A stretch of 64,000 nucleotides of DNA from Candidatus Falkowbacteria bacterium RIFOXYD12_FULL_34_57 (GTDB lineage: Bacteria > Patescibacteriota > Patescibacteriia > Patescibacteriales > UBA12075). Location: contig MFGN01000005.1 in the NCBI GenBank assembly GCA_001780285.1, forward strand, positions 74,200-138,199. Reading direction: 5' to 3'. The translations under genes were made by a program, and so were the position numbers. Under the pieces are notes generated by a model. That model was not told the DNA's origin and did no database searches. It saw nothing but the letters and a program-made list of their open reading frames with translations. Below, one piece after another: positions 8,395-17,082 of the stretch (its first letter is position 1; every line of letters starts with the position of its first letter).

Positions 8395-10392
8395 ATGAAA
8401 AAATTAAGAGTTATCATCACTAGTGGAGGCACTATTTCCCGGATAGACGATGTGCGGCATATCGGTAATTTCAGCAACGGCACTACCGGGATGTTGATCG
8501 CGGAAGAGTTTTTACGTAATGGCTGTGAAGTTCATTATATACATAACAAACAAGCTAAAAGACCTTTTAGGGATGCTTTAAGACTAAATCCTGAAAAAAT
8601 TTTTGCCAAAGAAATCGACAGAATAGAGAAATCATGGGAAGAATTTAATAAATGCAAAAATAATCTTTACGAATATTCTTTTGAGACTTTTGAGGAGTAT
8701 TACGATTTAGTTAAGGATTTGACTATGCGTGTTGGGGCGGATGCGATTGTTTTAGCGGCTGCTGTTTCTGATTATGGAGCTAAAAGAGTATCGGGAAAGA
8801 TTAGTTCAGATAATGATAAGCTAAATATTGAATTGCAGAAATACCCCAAAGTGATCTCTGAGATCAAGAAGTGGAACCCTAAAATTTTTCAAGTGGGTTT
8901 TAAGCTCTTATCTGATGTAAGCACTAAAGAATTAATTGATACAGCGTATTTGCACGGTATTAAGAATAGATCGAATTTGACCGTTGCTAATGTAGCTCAA
9001 GCCGGTAACTTTTCTAAGCGGATTAATATTTTAATCACACCGGAGAAAGGATTAAAATTTGTAGATCTGAATAAAGTGCATGTTGAGATTTTCAAGACAG
9101 TTGATCGTAGGTTATCTCAAAAGCATTTTAGAACTATAACAGAAACAGATATAAATTTTGTTGATAATTATTATGCCGAGATTCTGAAATTCAAAGAAAT
9201 GATAAAAAGTTTTTGGTCATTATCTATGTTTGAGGAATATTATGAAGGAGCTTGCAAGCACTTCGGTGCCGTGGCTATGAGGATGTCTGATGGCGGATTT
9301 TTAACCACTGCCCGCGGCAGCAACAAAAAAGATATCGGTCATGAAGATATTGTTTATGTAAGATCAGTAGATTTTAATCATCGGGAGATTCAGGTATTAT
9401 CCCTGGGCAAGAAAGCCTCTCTTAATGCGCCGGTTATGGCCAAAATTTTTGATAATCGCAGTGATGCTTCCCTGATTCTTCATTCCCATATTGATTTGAA
9501 TTTGCAGAATACTACCGAAGATGATTATGAGCCGGGAACAGAAGAAGACATTGCAGAAATAGAAAAACACTTAAAAGATAAAAAAATCGTAAAATTGAAG
9601 AACCATGGCCTGATAGCGGTTGGTAGAGATATAAAGGAAATTATAAAAATAATCGGAGATAAACATGCTTATAACATTTTTCCAGAATATTATGATATCA
9701 TTTATAAGCGTTTCCAAAAGTCGGATGATTTTCTTCGTTTAGTTTTTAAGCACTCAGAAAAAATTTATCCGATTTTGGATGTTTGCGCAGGAACCGGCGA
9801 TGTATCCGAACACCTAGCTCGCGCCGGATATAATAATATTTACATGGTTGATAAAAGCACTTACATGATGCGAATAGCCAGGGAGAGGTTATATGCCTAT
9901 AAAAAAATTTATGTATCCTGCTATGTGGATGAGGCGTCCGAATTTAATATTGATGATAAATTTCATGCTATTGTTATGCGGCAGGCTATTAATTATGCCA
10001 TGAATTATGAAGGATTAATTAAAATATTAAAAAATGTTTATAGGCATTTAAGATCAGGCGGCAAATTTATATTTAATGCCCCGAGTTATATCGAAAGTCA
10101 AAGATTCAGTACAACCAGAGAGTATGATTATGAGGAACAGGGCTATGATGTCAGGATTTTTGAAAATAATTCCATGGCCGGAAGAATATTAACCCACACA
10201 CAGAATTGTATTTTGATTTCAGAAAAAGGAATAAAAAAATATTATGATCTGAATAGGTTCGGCATGTTTACCAAAAATGAATTTGAAAAAGCAATTAAGG
10301 AAGCCGGATTTTCTTCGCATGAGTTTTTTGGTAAGGGTTTATTAGAATATAATCAAAAGTCTAATTCTATTTATGCAATATGTATAAAATAG
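8395..10392 (+). CDS. Triple-domain fusion: phosphopantothenate--cysteine ligase (CoaB)-like / class II aldolase-adducin-like / class I SAM methyltransferase
   Basis: aa 1-235: ITSGGTISRIDDVRHIGNFSNGTTG, AAAVSDYG, VGFKLL, TVAN (stand-alone CoaB type). aa ~265-440: GAVAMRMSDGGFLTTARGS, LILHSH, KLKNHGLIAVGRD (aldolase II fold). aa ~455-665: ILDVCAGTGDVSEHLARAGY, LRSGGKFIFNAP (MTase). SD AGGGAGG upstream. Confidence 0.7.
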   Translation: MKKLRVIITSGGTISRIDDVRHIGNFSNGTTGMLIAEEFLRNGCEVHYIHNKQAKRPFRDALRLNPEKIFAKEIDRIEKSWEEFNKCKNNLYEYSFETFEEYYDLVKDLTMRVGADAIVLAAAVSDYGAKRVSGKISSDNDKLNIELQKYPKVISEIKKWNPKIFQVGFKLLSDVSTKELIDTAYLHGIKNRSNLTVANVAQAGNFSKRINILITPEKGLKFVDLNKVHVEIFKTVDRRLSQKHFRTITETDINFVDNYYAEILKFKEMIKSFWSLSMFEEYYEGACKHFGAVAMRMSDGGFLTTARGSNKKDIGHEDIVYVRSVDFNHREIQVLSLGKKASLNAPVMAKIFDNRSDASLILHSHIDLNLQNTTEDDYEPGTEEDIAEIEKHLKDKKIVKLKNHGLIAVGRDIKEIIKIIGDKHAYNIFPEYYDIIYKRFQKSDDFLRLVFKHSEKIYPILDVCAGTGDVSEHLARAGYNNIYMVDKSTYMMRIARERLYAYKKIYVSCYVDEASEFNIDDKFHAIVMRQAINYAMNYEGLIKILKNVYRHLRSGGKFIFNAPSYIESQRFSTTREYDYEEQGYDVRIFENNSMAGRILTHTQNCILISEKGIKKYYDLNRFGMFTKNEFEKAIKEAGFSSHEFFGKGLLEYNQKSNSIYAICIK

Positions 10393-10401
10393 GAGGAGGA
10401 A

Positions 10402-10614
10402 ATGAAAGTATTAGAAGATAATAACTATATAAGAGTAACTTGTTCTAAATGTAAAAGTATTTTAGGGGTTTATGCTCGTGATATTTATTATGATGATGTG
10501 GGGCATTATGTTGGATGTTCAGTAATATGTGCATCTTGTGGAACTATTATTCGTATTGCTGATAAAGATATTCCTTCTGCCTGGCGATCGATTATATTTG
10601 ATGATGGTTTTTGA
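10402..10614 (+). CDS. Small zinc-ribbon protein, hypothetical
   Basis: 70 aa with CSKC...CASC pairs. Strong SD (AGGAGGAGGA) 9 nt after the upstream stop, suggesting translational coupling. Confidence 0.5.
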   Translation: MKVLEDNNYIRVTCSKCKSILGVYARDIYYDDVGHYVGCSVICASCGTIIRIADKDIPSAWRSIIFDDGF

Positions 10615-10724
10615 TTAATACTGTCACTTCGTTCCTCCTCGCAATGACTCGGGTTTTATTGCTAATTTAATTATGAATGATGTATAATTATTATGTTAGT
10701 CTAATCAAGAAAGGAGCATAAAAT

Positions 10725-11588
10725 ATGATCATAGATATTCATGCGCATACTTCTAACCACAAGATGTTGGGATTACATTCTCAAACCGCATCCATTGATG
10801 ATTTGGAAATGTATGCTAAAAAATATAATATAGAGAAGATAGTTCTAATGGCTACTTATTTTCCTTTTAAAGGAACCGGTCTTTCTAATTATGAACTGTT
10901 AAAAAGGATTCAGGGGAAAGATTTATTCCTTATGTTCGGTAGTCTGGATATTAGCAGTGATTTTGAAAAAGGACTTAATGAGTTAGAAGAGTTAGCCAGA
11001 GATAAGAAAATATTCGGTATTAAGCTTTATCCCGGTTATCAGATATTTGATTGTGCTGATAAAAATATTTTTCCGATTTATGAATTAGCTCGTAAATATA
11101 ATTTACCGGTAAAATTTCATACCGGAGAACTTCATCATTGTTGTCCTGGAGAAAATCGAAAAAAAGGAGAATTTCGTTGCGGGAGTTATTGTCGTATAGA
11201 TAAATATGGTGATCTTTCAATGCCGAAGAATATTTTCCCTGTTGCTAAAAAGTTTAGTGATGTTACATTTATTTTGAGTCATTTGGGTAATCCTTATTTT
11301 GACCAATTGCAGGAAGTAATGAGAGAATGTCTTAATGTCTATACAGATATTTCCGGACAGTTTGTATCAGCTACTGATGAAGATACACCGGGTTATCGGG
11401 AGGTTATCAAAAAAGAGATCGAAAAATTTTTAAATTTATCTCATGGAATAGATCGTATAATGTTCGGTACTGATTTCCCGATTCAGTCTTATAAAGATTC
11501 TTTGGAAATTATTGATAGTTTGAATTTAAGTGATTTGGATAAAGATAAAATATTATATCAAAATGCCAAGAAATTATTAAAATTATAA
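10725..11588 (+). CDS. Amidohydrolase-2 / TIM-barrel metal-dependent hydrolase family protein
   Basis: IIDIHAHT N-terminal metal motif, HLGNPYF, MFGTDFP; SD AAAGGAG upstream. Confidence 0.7.
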   Translation: MIIDIHAHTSNHKMLGLHSQTASIDDLEMYAKKYNIEKIVLMATYFPFKGTGLSNYELLKRIQGKDLFLMFGSLDISSDFEKGLNELEELARDKKIFGIKLYPGYQIFDCADKNIFPIYELARKYNLPVKFHTGELHHCCPGENRKKGEFRCGSYCRIDKYGDLSMPKNIFPVAKKFSDVTFILSHLGNPYFDQLQEVMRECLNVYTDISGQFVSATDEDTPGYREVIKKEIEKFLNLSHGIDRIMFGTDFPIQSYKDSLEIIDSLNLSDLDKDKILYQNAKKLLKL

Positions 11589-11598
11589 GAGGTGGGAT

Positions 11599-12138
11599 AT
11601 GAATATTTTATTCGGAGTAACTGGTAGTGTGGCTGCAGGTTTAGTGCCTAAGATGGTTGCGGAATTATTGAAAAATAAGCATGATATAGTAATAGTGCCA
11701 ACTAAAAATTCTTTGTATTTTTGGGATAAAGAATCTGTAAATATACAGATATATGAAGAAGAACATGAATGGCCAGGAAAAAAATATGAAAAAGGCTCTG
11801 ATGTGTTGCATATTAATTTGCGTGATTGGGCCGATGTGTTATTATTGGCCCCATTAACGGCAAATACTTTAGCTAAAATTGCCAACGGTTTGGCTGATAA
11901 TTTATTAACCAGCATTATCCGTGCCTGGGATGTAAAAAATGAGATTATTATCGCGCCGGCCATGAATACCAAAATGTGGGAGCATCCGGCAACTAAAGAA
12001 CATTTGGACAGATTGAACAGATGGTATAAACTGAATATTATTCATCCTGTTTCCAAAAAACTTGCCTGTGGTGAAACCGGAGTGGGCGCCATGGCTCCGA
12101 TATCAGAAATAGTCAAGGAGATTAATAAATTAAAATAA
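11599..12138 (+). CDS. coaC: Phosphopantothenoylcysteine decarboxylase (stand-alone HFCD flavoprotein, HAL3/PPCDC-like)
   Basis: ILFGVTGSVAA, APLTANTLAKIANGLADNLLTSIIRAWD, APAMNTKMWEHPAT, KLACGETGVGAMA motifs as in CoaC/HAL3. Confidence 0.8.
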   Translation: MNILFGVTGSVAAGLVPKMVAELLKNKHDIVIVPTKNSLYFWDKESVNIQIYEEEHEWPGKKYEKGSDVLHINLRDWADVLLLAPLTANTLAKIANGLADNLLTSIIRAWDVKNEIIIAPAMNTKMWEHPATKEHLDRLNRWYKLNIIHPVSKKLACGETGVGAMAPISEIVKEINKLK

Positions 12139-12141
12139 AAT

Positions 12142-12175
12142 AAAAAATGAACATACATAAGTATGTTCATTTTTA
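12142..12175. terminator. Bidirectional intrinsic terminator (coaC / topA convergent)
   Basis: AAAAA-ATGAACATAC-ataa-GTATGTTCAT-TTTT. Confidence 0.8.
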
Positions 12176-12200
12176 ATTGTATAGAAATTTCTAATAAAAT

Positions 12201-14444
12201 TTATTTTTCATTTTTATGCCCGCATTCTTTATTGGAGCATTTGGAGCCGTTTTTTGTTTCTATCATTAGTGATTTGCATTCCGGGCATTTTTCTCCGGTT
12301 GGTTTGGAGTAAAAAGCGTTTTTGCAGTCAGGATAAGCATCACAAGCATAAAATGTGCCGCGTTTGCTTCTTTTTTGCACTATTTCTCCCTTGCCGCATT
12401 TAGGACACTTTATTCCGGTTGAGTTATTATTCTCTTCAATACTTTTAATGTTCTTGCATTTGGGATAGGCGGTGCAAGCCAGAAACGGGCCGAATTTTCC
12501 GTTCTTTACAATCATTTTTTCCCCGCATTTGTCACAGGTTTCGGTGCCGTATTTTTGTCTTAAATTTTCTAATTCTTCATTTTTTTCCCTGTCTACTTCG
12601 CCGTTGGCGTTAAGATTTTTAACATTTTTACATTCAGGATAATTAGAACAGGCTAAAAATTTGCCGTAGCGTCCGATTTTTATAATCATGGGATATTTGC
12701 ACTTTTCGCAAATTTCCTTTGTTTTTTCTTCAGGCATAATATCTTTTTTATTAACTTCTTTATCTTTTTTTATAAGATTTTTATGGAAAGGTTCATAAAA
12801 ACTTTTGATAACTTCCTGCCATTTGTGTTTTCCCTCAGCAATACTATCCAGTCTTTCCTCCATGTCGGCGGTAAATTGGTAATTCACAATATCTTGAAAA
12901 TGATTTTTTAAAAGGTTGGTTACGGTGAAAGCAATTTCGGTCGGCATGAGCTTTTTTTGCTCGTCTCGAACCACATAGTTTCGAGCTTCAATGGTTGCAA
13001 TGGTCGGCGCATAAGTAGAAGGGCGCCCAATTCCGTATTGTTCTAAAACTTTTACTAATCCGGCATCTGAATATCTTCCGGGTGGTTTTGTGAAATGCTG
13101 GTCTTTGGTTATTTCATGTAATTCTAGCACCTCATCTTTTTTAACTATCGGCAGTTCCACTTCTTTTGATTTTTCCGGGTAGATTTTCAAGTATCCGTCA
13201 AATTTTAATATTTGTCCGTTAGCGCGGAAAGAGAAGTCGGTGTTCCGAGCTTCTATATCAATAATCGTATTATCCAGATTAGCTTCGGGCATTTGACTGG
13301 CAAGAGACCTTTGCCAAATAAGAGTATAAAGCCTTAATTGATTTTTGTCGAGTTTTTTTATGGTATCCGGATTTTGGGCGACATCTGTGGGTCTAATTGC
13401 TTCATGCGCCTCCTGTGCTCCCTTGGATTTAGTTTTAAAGATACGCGGTTTAATTAAAGCATATTCCTCTCCCAGAGAGTTGTGCAGGTATTTTTTTGCG
13501 TCTGTTAAAAATTTATCAGAAAGAGATACGGAGTCGGTGCGCATGTAGGTGATATGCCCCTTTTCGTATAATTTTTGCGCCACTATCATGGTCTGCTTGG
13601 CCGAGAAACCCAGCCAGCGATTAGCGGTTTGCTGTAGCGTGGAAGTTGTAAAGGGCCGGGGAGGGTTTTTTTTGGTTTGTTTAATGTTAACATCGCTTAT
13701 GACATATTCGGCTTTTTCAAGTTTGGCCGTAATTTTTTCAGCTGATTCCCGGTCTTTGATGGCAAATTTATCCAATGTCTCTCCCTTGATTTTATTTAGC
13801 CGAGCTTTGATTGTTTTAGTAGCTGCTTTTTCGCTGACTCCCGCTTCGTCAAGCTTGCTTAGGGATGCTTCAATAGACCAGTATTCTTCCGGCTTAAAAG
13901 CCCTGATTTCTTCTTCTCTTTCAATTACAAGCCTTAGAGCTACACTTTGTACGCGTCCGGCTGATAGGCCGAAAGTAACCTTTTTCCATAAGAAAGGTGA
14001 TAATTCAAAACCAACAAGCCTGTCGAGTACGCGTCTGGCTTGTTGAGCATTTACCATCTCCATGTCTACTTTTCGTGGATTTTCAAGTGCTTCCAGAATG
14101 GCATTTTTGGTAATTTCATGAAAAACAATTCTTTTTGTTTTGCTCGGGTCAATTTTTAGAGCCTCAGTCAGATGCCAGGCAATAGCTTCTCCTTCACGGT
14201 CTTCGTCGGGAGCAAGTATGATTTCGTCAGCCTTTTTAACTAAAGCGCGAAGTTTTGCCACATTTTTTTCACATTTTTCAGGAATTATATATTTAGGTTT
14301 GAAATTGTTTTCAATATCAATTCCTTTATTTTTCTTTTCCAAATCCCTTATATGACCAAAAGAGGATTCTATTTGGTATCCGGAACCAAGAAATTTTGTA
14401 ATAGTTTTTGCCTTAGTGGGGGACTCAACGATAATTAATTTCAT
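12201..14444 (-). CDS. topA: DNA topoisomerase I with multiple C-terminal C4 zinc ribbons
   Basis: Start placed at MKLIIVESPTKAKTI (Toprim). Active-site region ITYMRTDS. Four CxxC...CxxC ribbons at the C-terminus. The tracked start at 14519 adds 25 non-conserved aa. Confidence 0.95.
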   Translation of the reverse strand: MKLIIVESPTKAKTITKFLGSGYQIESSFGHIRDLEKKNKGIDIENNFKPKYIIPEKCEKNVAKLRALVKKADEIILAPDEDREGEAIAWHLTEALKIDPSKTKRIVFHEITKNAILEALENPRKVDMEMVNAQQARRVLDRLVGFELSPFLWKKVTFGLSAGRVQSVALRLVIEREEEIRAFKPEEYWSIEASLSKLDEAGVSEKAATKTIKARLNKIKGETLDKFAIKDRESAEKITAKLEKAEYVISDVNIKQTKKNPPRPFTTSTLQQTANRWLGFSAKQTMIVAQKLYEKGHITYMRTDSVSLSDKFLTDAKKYLHNSLGEEYALIKPRIFKTKSKGAQEAHEAIRPTDVAQNPDTIKKLDKNQLRLYTLIWQRSLASQMPEANLDNTIIDIEARNTDFSFRANGQILKFDGYLKIYPEKSKEVELPIVKKDEVLELHEITKDQHFTKPPGRYSDAGLVKVLEQYGIGRPSTYAPTIATIEARNYVVRDEQKKLMPTEIAFTVTNLLKNHFQDIVNYQFTADMEERLDSIAEGKHKWQEVIKSFYEPFHKNLIKKDKEVNKKDIMPEEKTKEICEKCKYPMIIKIGRYGKFLACSNYPECKNVKNLNANGEVDREKNEELENLRQKYGTETCDKCGEKMIVKNGKFGPFLACTAYPKCKNIKSIEENNNSTGIKCPKCGKGEIVQKRSKRGTFYACDAYPDCKNAFYSKPTGEKCPECKSLMIETKNGSKCSNKECGHKNEK

Positions 14445-14522
14445 ATAAGATAAATTTTTAATTCTTAAAGCATTGTTTTTATTTATAGCTGATTTATAAA
14501 AAAAATGCAAATTTTGCAATTT

Positions 14523-15635
14523 TTAACTAATTTTAATATATTTCATTCCCCCTATATTTTTTATCATCCCCTTCATTTCCATAATTGTAAGGCAGGAGCT
14601 TATGGTTTGTGGCTTTTCTTTTAATTTACGGATTATTTCATCAATATGTACCGGTTCGTGTGATAAATTTTCCATGATTTTTTTCTCTTCCTTTGTTTCC
14701 GGTAATATTTTTTTACTTTCGTTTTGCATATTAATTTGTTCCAAGTTTAAACTTTCCAGTATTTCTTCGGTGCTGGTAGTTATTTTTGCTCCTTGCTTAA
14801 TTAAATTATTTGGTCCCGCAGAGGCACTGGAAAAAATATTTCCCGGAATAGCAAAAACATCGCGGTTTTGTTCAAGGGCAAAGTCGGCAGTAATTAAAGC
14901 GCCGGATTTAGCGCCGGCTTCTATCACCAGCGTCCCCAAAGAAAGCCCGGAAATTATTCGGTTTCTTTGGGGGAAGTTATATTTCAGGGGGAGCGTATCC
15001 AGGGGAAATTCAGAAATCAACAAGCCTCCGTTTGCCGTTATTTTTTCGGCTAAATATTTGTTTTGAGAAGGGTAGATGCTGCCGGCATTAATCCCTGTGC
15101 CAAGCACCGCAATAGTTCGACCATTGTTATTCAGGCATGCGAGGTGCGCGCAAGTATCCACGCCCAGAGCTAAGCCGCTAACAATGGTTAGATCATTTTG
15201 GACAAGCTCTCTGGTTATTTTTTCGGTAACGAGTTTGCCGTATGCGGTGATTTTCCTTGTTCCCACAATAGCAATACAATTAGTATGGCAAATATTGAAA
15301 TCACCTTTATAATATAAAACTTCAGGATGAATAATTGTTTCTTTCAAAAGAGCGGGAAAATTTTTATCATCACTGGAAATAAAATCAATATTTTCTTTTT
15401 GTAGAATTTCTAGAATCTTATCCGGATTGATTTCATTTCTTTTTAATACAAATTCTTTTGCTATTTTTTCGGGAATACCGATTGATTCTAATTTCTGCTC
15501 CGAGGCATAAAAAGCATCCTTTATATCTTTAAATGATGCTTTAATTTTTCTTATGCTCCTTGGTCCAAATTTGGAAAAATGAGAAATAGCTATTAAATAT
15601 TTATGTTTTTTTAAATTGTTTTGGCTTGTTGACAT
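14523..15635 (-). CDS. dprA: DNA processing protein DprA (Smf)
   Basis: GTRKITAYG, SGLALGVDTCAH, GGLLISEFP, FPQRNRIISGLS motifs. The dprA-topA adjacency is a common conserved arrangement. Confidence 0.9.
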   Translation of the reverse strand: MSTSQNNLKKHKYLIAISHFSKFGPRSIRKIKASFKDIKDAFYASEQKLESIGIPEKIAKEFVLKRNEINPDKILEILQKENIDFISSDDKNFPALLKETIIHPEVLYYKGDFNICHTNCIAIVGTRKITAYGKLVTEKITRELVQNDLTIVSGLALGVDTCAHLACLNNNGRTIAVLGTGINAGSIYPSQNKYLAEKITANGGLLISEFPLDTLPLKYNFPQRNRIISGLSLGTLVIEAGAKSGALITADFALEQNRDVFAIPGNIFSSASAGPNNLIKQGAKITTSTEEILESLNLEQINMQNESKKILPETKEEKKIMENLSHEPVHIDEIIRKLKEKPQTISSCLTIMEMKGMIKNIGGMKYIKIS

Positions 15636-15668
15636 TTTTTTTGCGTTATGTTAAGGTGGGTTAACATT

Positions 15669-15775
15669 AGCTTGCAAATTTCTGCTTGTTTAAGGGCGTT
15701 TACTTGTGGGTACCTCCTCCTCCTTGGTATTTACCAGCAAATTGTCCCTTTCGAGCAAGCAGAAATCTGCAAGCT
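15669..15775 (-). promoter_or_regulatory. Structured 5' leader of dprA-topA: 20-bp closing stem around a 67-nt interior containing GGAGGAGGAGG
   Basis: Arms 15669-15688 / 15756-15775 are complementary except at one position, which is A:C in + sense but G:U in - sense. Lies just downstream of a - strand TTGATA-17-TATTAT promoter and upstream of the dprA ATG. Confidence 0.5.
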
Positions 15776-15791
15776 AAAAGCATTTAAATTT

Positions 15792-15820
15792 ATAATAACA
15801 AAAATATTTACATTTATCAA
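15792..15820 (-). promoter_or_regulatory. Candidate sigma70-type promoter for dprA-topA
   Basis: On the - strand: TTGATA (15820-15815), 17-nt spacer, TATTAT (15797-15792). Confidence 0.5.
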
Positions 15821-15835
15821 AGTGTTTAATATCTA
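15807..15835 (+). promoter_or_regulatory. Candidate promoter for the + strand small RNA
   Basis: TTTACA (15807-15812), 17-nt spacer, TATCTA (15830-15835). Back-to-back and overlapping with the - strand promoter. Confidence 0.4.
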
Positions 15836-15842
15836 AACATTT

Positions 15843-15972
15843 GCCTAGAAGTTGTCAGCGTAAAATCTCCCCTCCTTTGATTTTGCGCTTCAAGGTATAT
15901 CCTTAACTTTTAGGCAGATGTGTGGAATATTAAAAGTATTAAAAAATCGAGTAATTGTTTACTCGATTTTTA
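15843..15972 (+). ncRNA. Candidate ~130-nt sRNA with a C-rich anti-SD-like loop and intrinsic terminator
   Basis: Outer stem 15843-15853 / 15905-15915, inner stem 15857-15867 / 15879-15889, side hairpin AAGG-tatat-CCTT. Both non-WC pairs are G:U in + sense. 11-nt loop UCCCCUCCUUU. Terminator hairpin 15946-15967 plus U-run. No + strand CDS downstream. Confidence 0.45.
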
Positions 15973-15975
15973 TTT
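15941..15975. terminator. Bidirectional intrinsic terminator
   Basis: AAAAAA-ATCGAGTA-attgtt-TACTCGAT-TTTTATTT. Serves the - strand gene 15977-16447 and the + strand sRNA candidate. Confidence 0.75.
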
Positions 15976-15976
15976 G

Positions 15977-16447
15977 TTATTTTACAAGTTTTCCGTCTTC
16001 AAAACTGAATATGAAATTTTGTTTTTTTTTAAAACTTCTAAAAAAAATAATCTCTTCCGAAGTTAAGCCTAGATATTCCAATAATTCTTCTTGAAATTTA
16101 AACATTTTTCTGAGACAAGCTTCGCAGTGTCTTATTTTTTCCTTATGTATGGGGGTTTGGCAATTTTCACATCGGCCTTCTTTGAATTTTCGGAAAGGTA
16201 ATTTTTGATTTATATCTTTTGAAAAACTATTTTTTAGAAATAATTTCCATGTTAAAAATGAATTTTTAATCCAATCGTATTCATTTTTTGTTTTTACTTT
16301 TGCAGATTCGGATATTAGCAAATCTATAAATTCAGTTATTCTTTGTTTTATTTCTTTGTATTCTTCATTTTGAGAAACATTTCCATGAATATGTATTTTT
16401 TCTGCTATTAAATCTGCATTTTGATTTTTTAAATCTCTGATTGCCAT
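15977..16447 (-). CDS. Hypothetical protein with CxxC...CxxC zinc-ribbon
   Basis: 156 aa; CENCQTPIHKEKIRHCEAC. No family recognised; a terminator follows. Confidence 0.45.
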   Translation of the reverse strand: MAIRDLKNQNADLIAEKIHIHGNVSQNEEYKEIKQRITEFIDLLISESAKVKTKNEYDWIKNSFLTWKLFLKNSFSKDINQKLPFRKFKEGRCENCQTPIHKEKIRHCEACLRKMFKFQEELLEYLGLTSEEIIFFRSFKKKQNFIFSFEDGKLVK

Positions 16448-16512
16448 TATTCTCTCCTTTTTTGTTAACGAACTTTTAGATTATTAGAATATATCAACAA
16501 ATAAACAAGAAG

Positions 16513-17070
16513 TCAATTTAGTATTGTGTTATTTTCCAATATTTCATTTATCATTTTTTTTATTATTACCATTTCTTCTTTGGAGAATTTTTGCAGGACA
16601 TATTTTTCTGTCGGCATTTGATTGGGCTTGTTGCCTTTAATTCCAATTCTTAAACGGACAAAATTTTTAGTTTTGAGGTGGTTAATTATGGATCTTACGC
16701 CATTATGTCCCGCCGCGCCCCTGTCGATTGCTTTCTTATATTTTCCAAAATTTATATCCAGATCGTCGTGTAGTATTATTAGGGTATCAGAAAGATTGCT
16801 ATTTTTTTGTTTAAGGATTCCCAGTTTTTTTGGAAGTAAGTTGTAATAAGATAATGCGGCTTGCACTGATTGTCCTGAGTTGTTCATAAAAGTTTGCGGT
16901 TTTACAAGAAGACCATCCGATGTTTCGCAAATTTCAGCTTCAAACTTCTTATTTTCTTGCCATTGCGCATGGTGTTTTTCAGCTAAAGCATCAATAAGCA
17001 TAAATCCGGCGTTATGTCTGGTATTTTTATATTGTTCTCCTGGATTTCCCAGGCCAACTATTATTTTCAT
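16513..17070 (-). CDS. pth: Peptidyl-tRNA hydrolase
   Basis: MKIIVGLGNPGEQYKNTRHNAGF and GAAGHNGVRSI motifs. Confidence 0.95.
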   Translation of the reverse strand: MKIIVGLGNPGEQYKNTRHNAGFMLIDALAEKHHAQWQENKKFEAEICETSDGLLVKPQTFMNNSGQSVQAALSYYNLLPKKLGILKQKNSNLSDTLIILHDDLDINFGKYKKAIDRGAAGHNGVRSIINHLKTKNFVRLRIGIKGNKPNQMPTEKYVLQKFSKEEMVIIKKMINEILENNTILN

Positions 17071-17082
17071 GGCTTATGATGA

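Noticed and set aside
13345-14355. Three + strand ORFs (67-165 aa) inside the topA region. Similar antisense ORFs overlap pheT, der, LCP, rel, ftsZ (38880-39960), the M16 gene (41387-43900), nrdD, M29 and comEC.
   Set aside because: All lie fully antisense to, or out of frame within, strongly supported conserved genes. Their composition is low-complexity (S/L/F/I-rich) and none shows a recognisable motif.
15729-15765. The string UUUACCAGCAAAUUGUCCCUUUCGAGCAAGCAG resembles the SRP RNA helix-8 region (UUUACCAGGUCAGGUCCGGAAGGAAGCAGC).
   Set aside because: No GNRA tetraloop and no symmetric or asymmetric loop geometry. The CAAGCAG segment is part of a perfect 20-bp closing stem, which is incompatible with SRP domain IV. 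The wobble evidence also favours the opposite strand.
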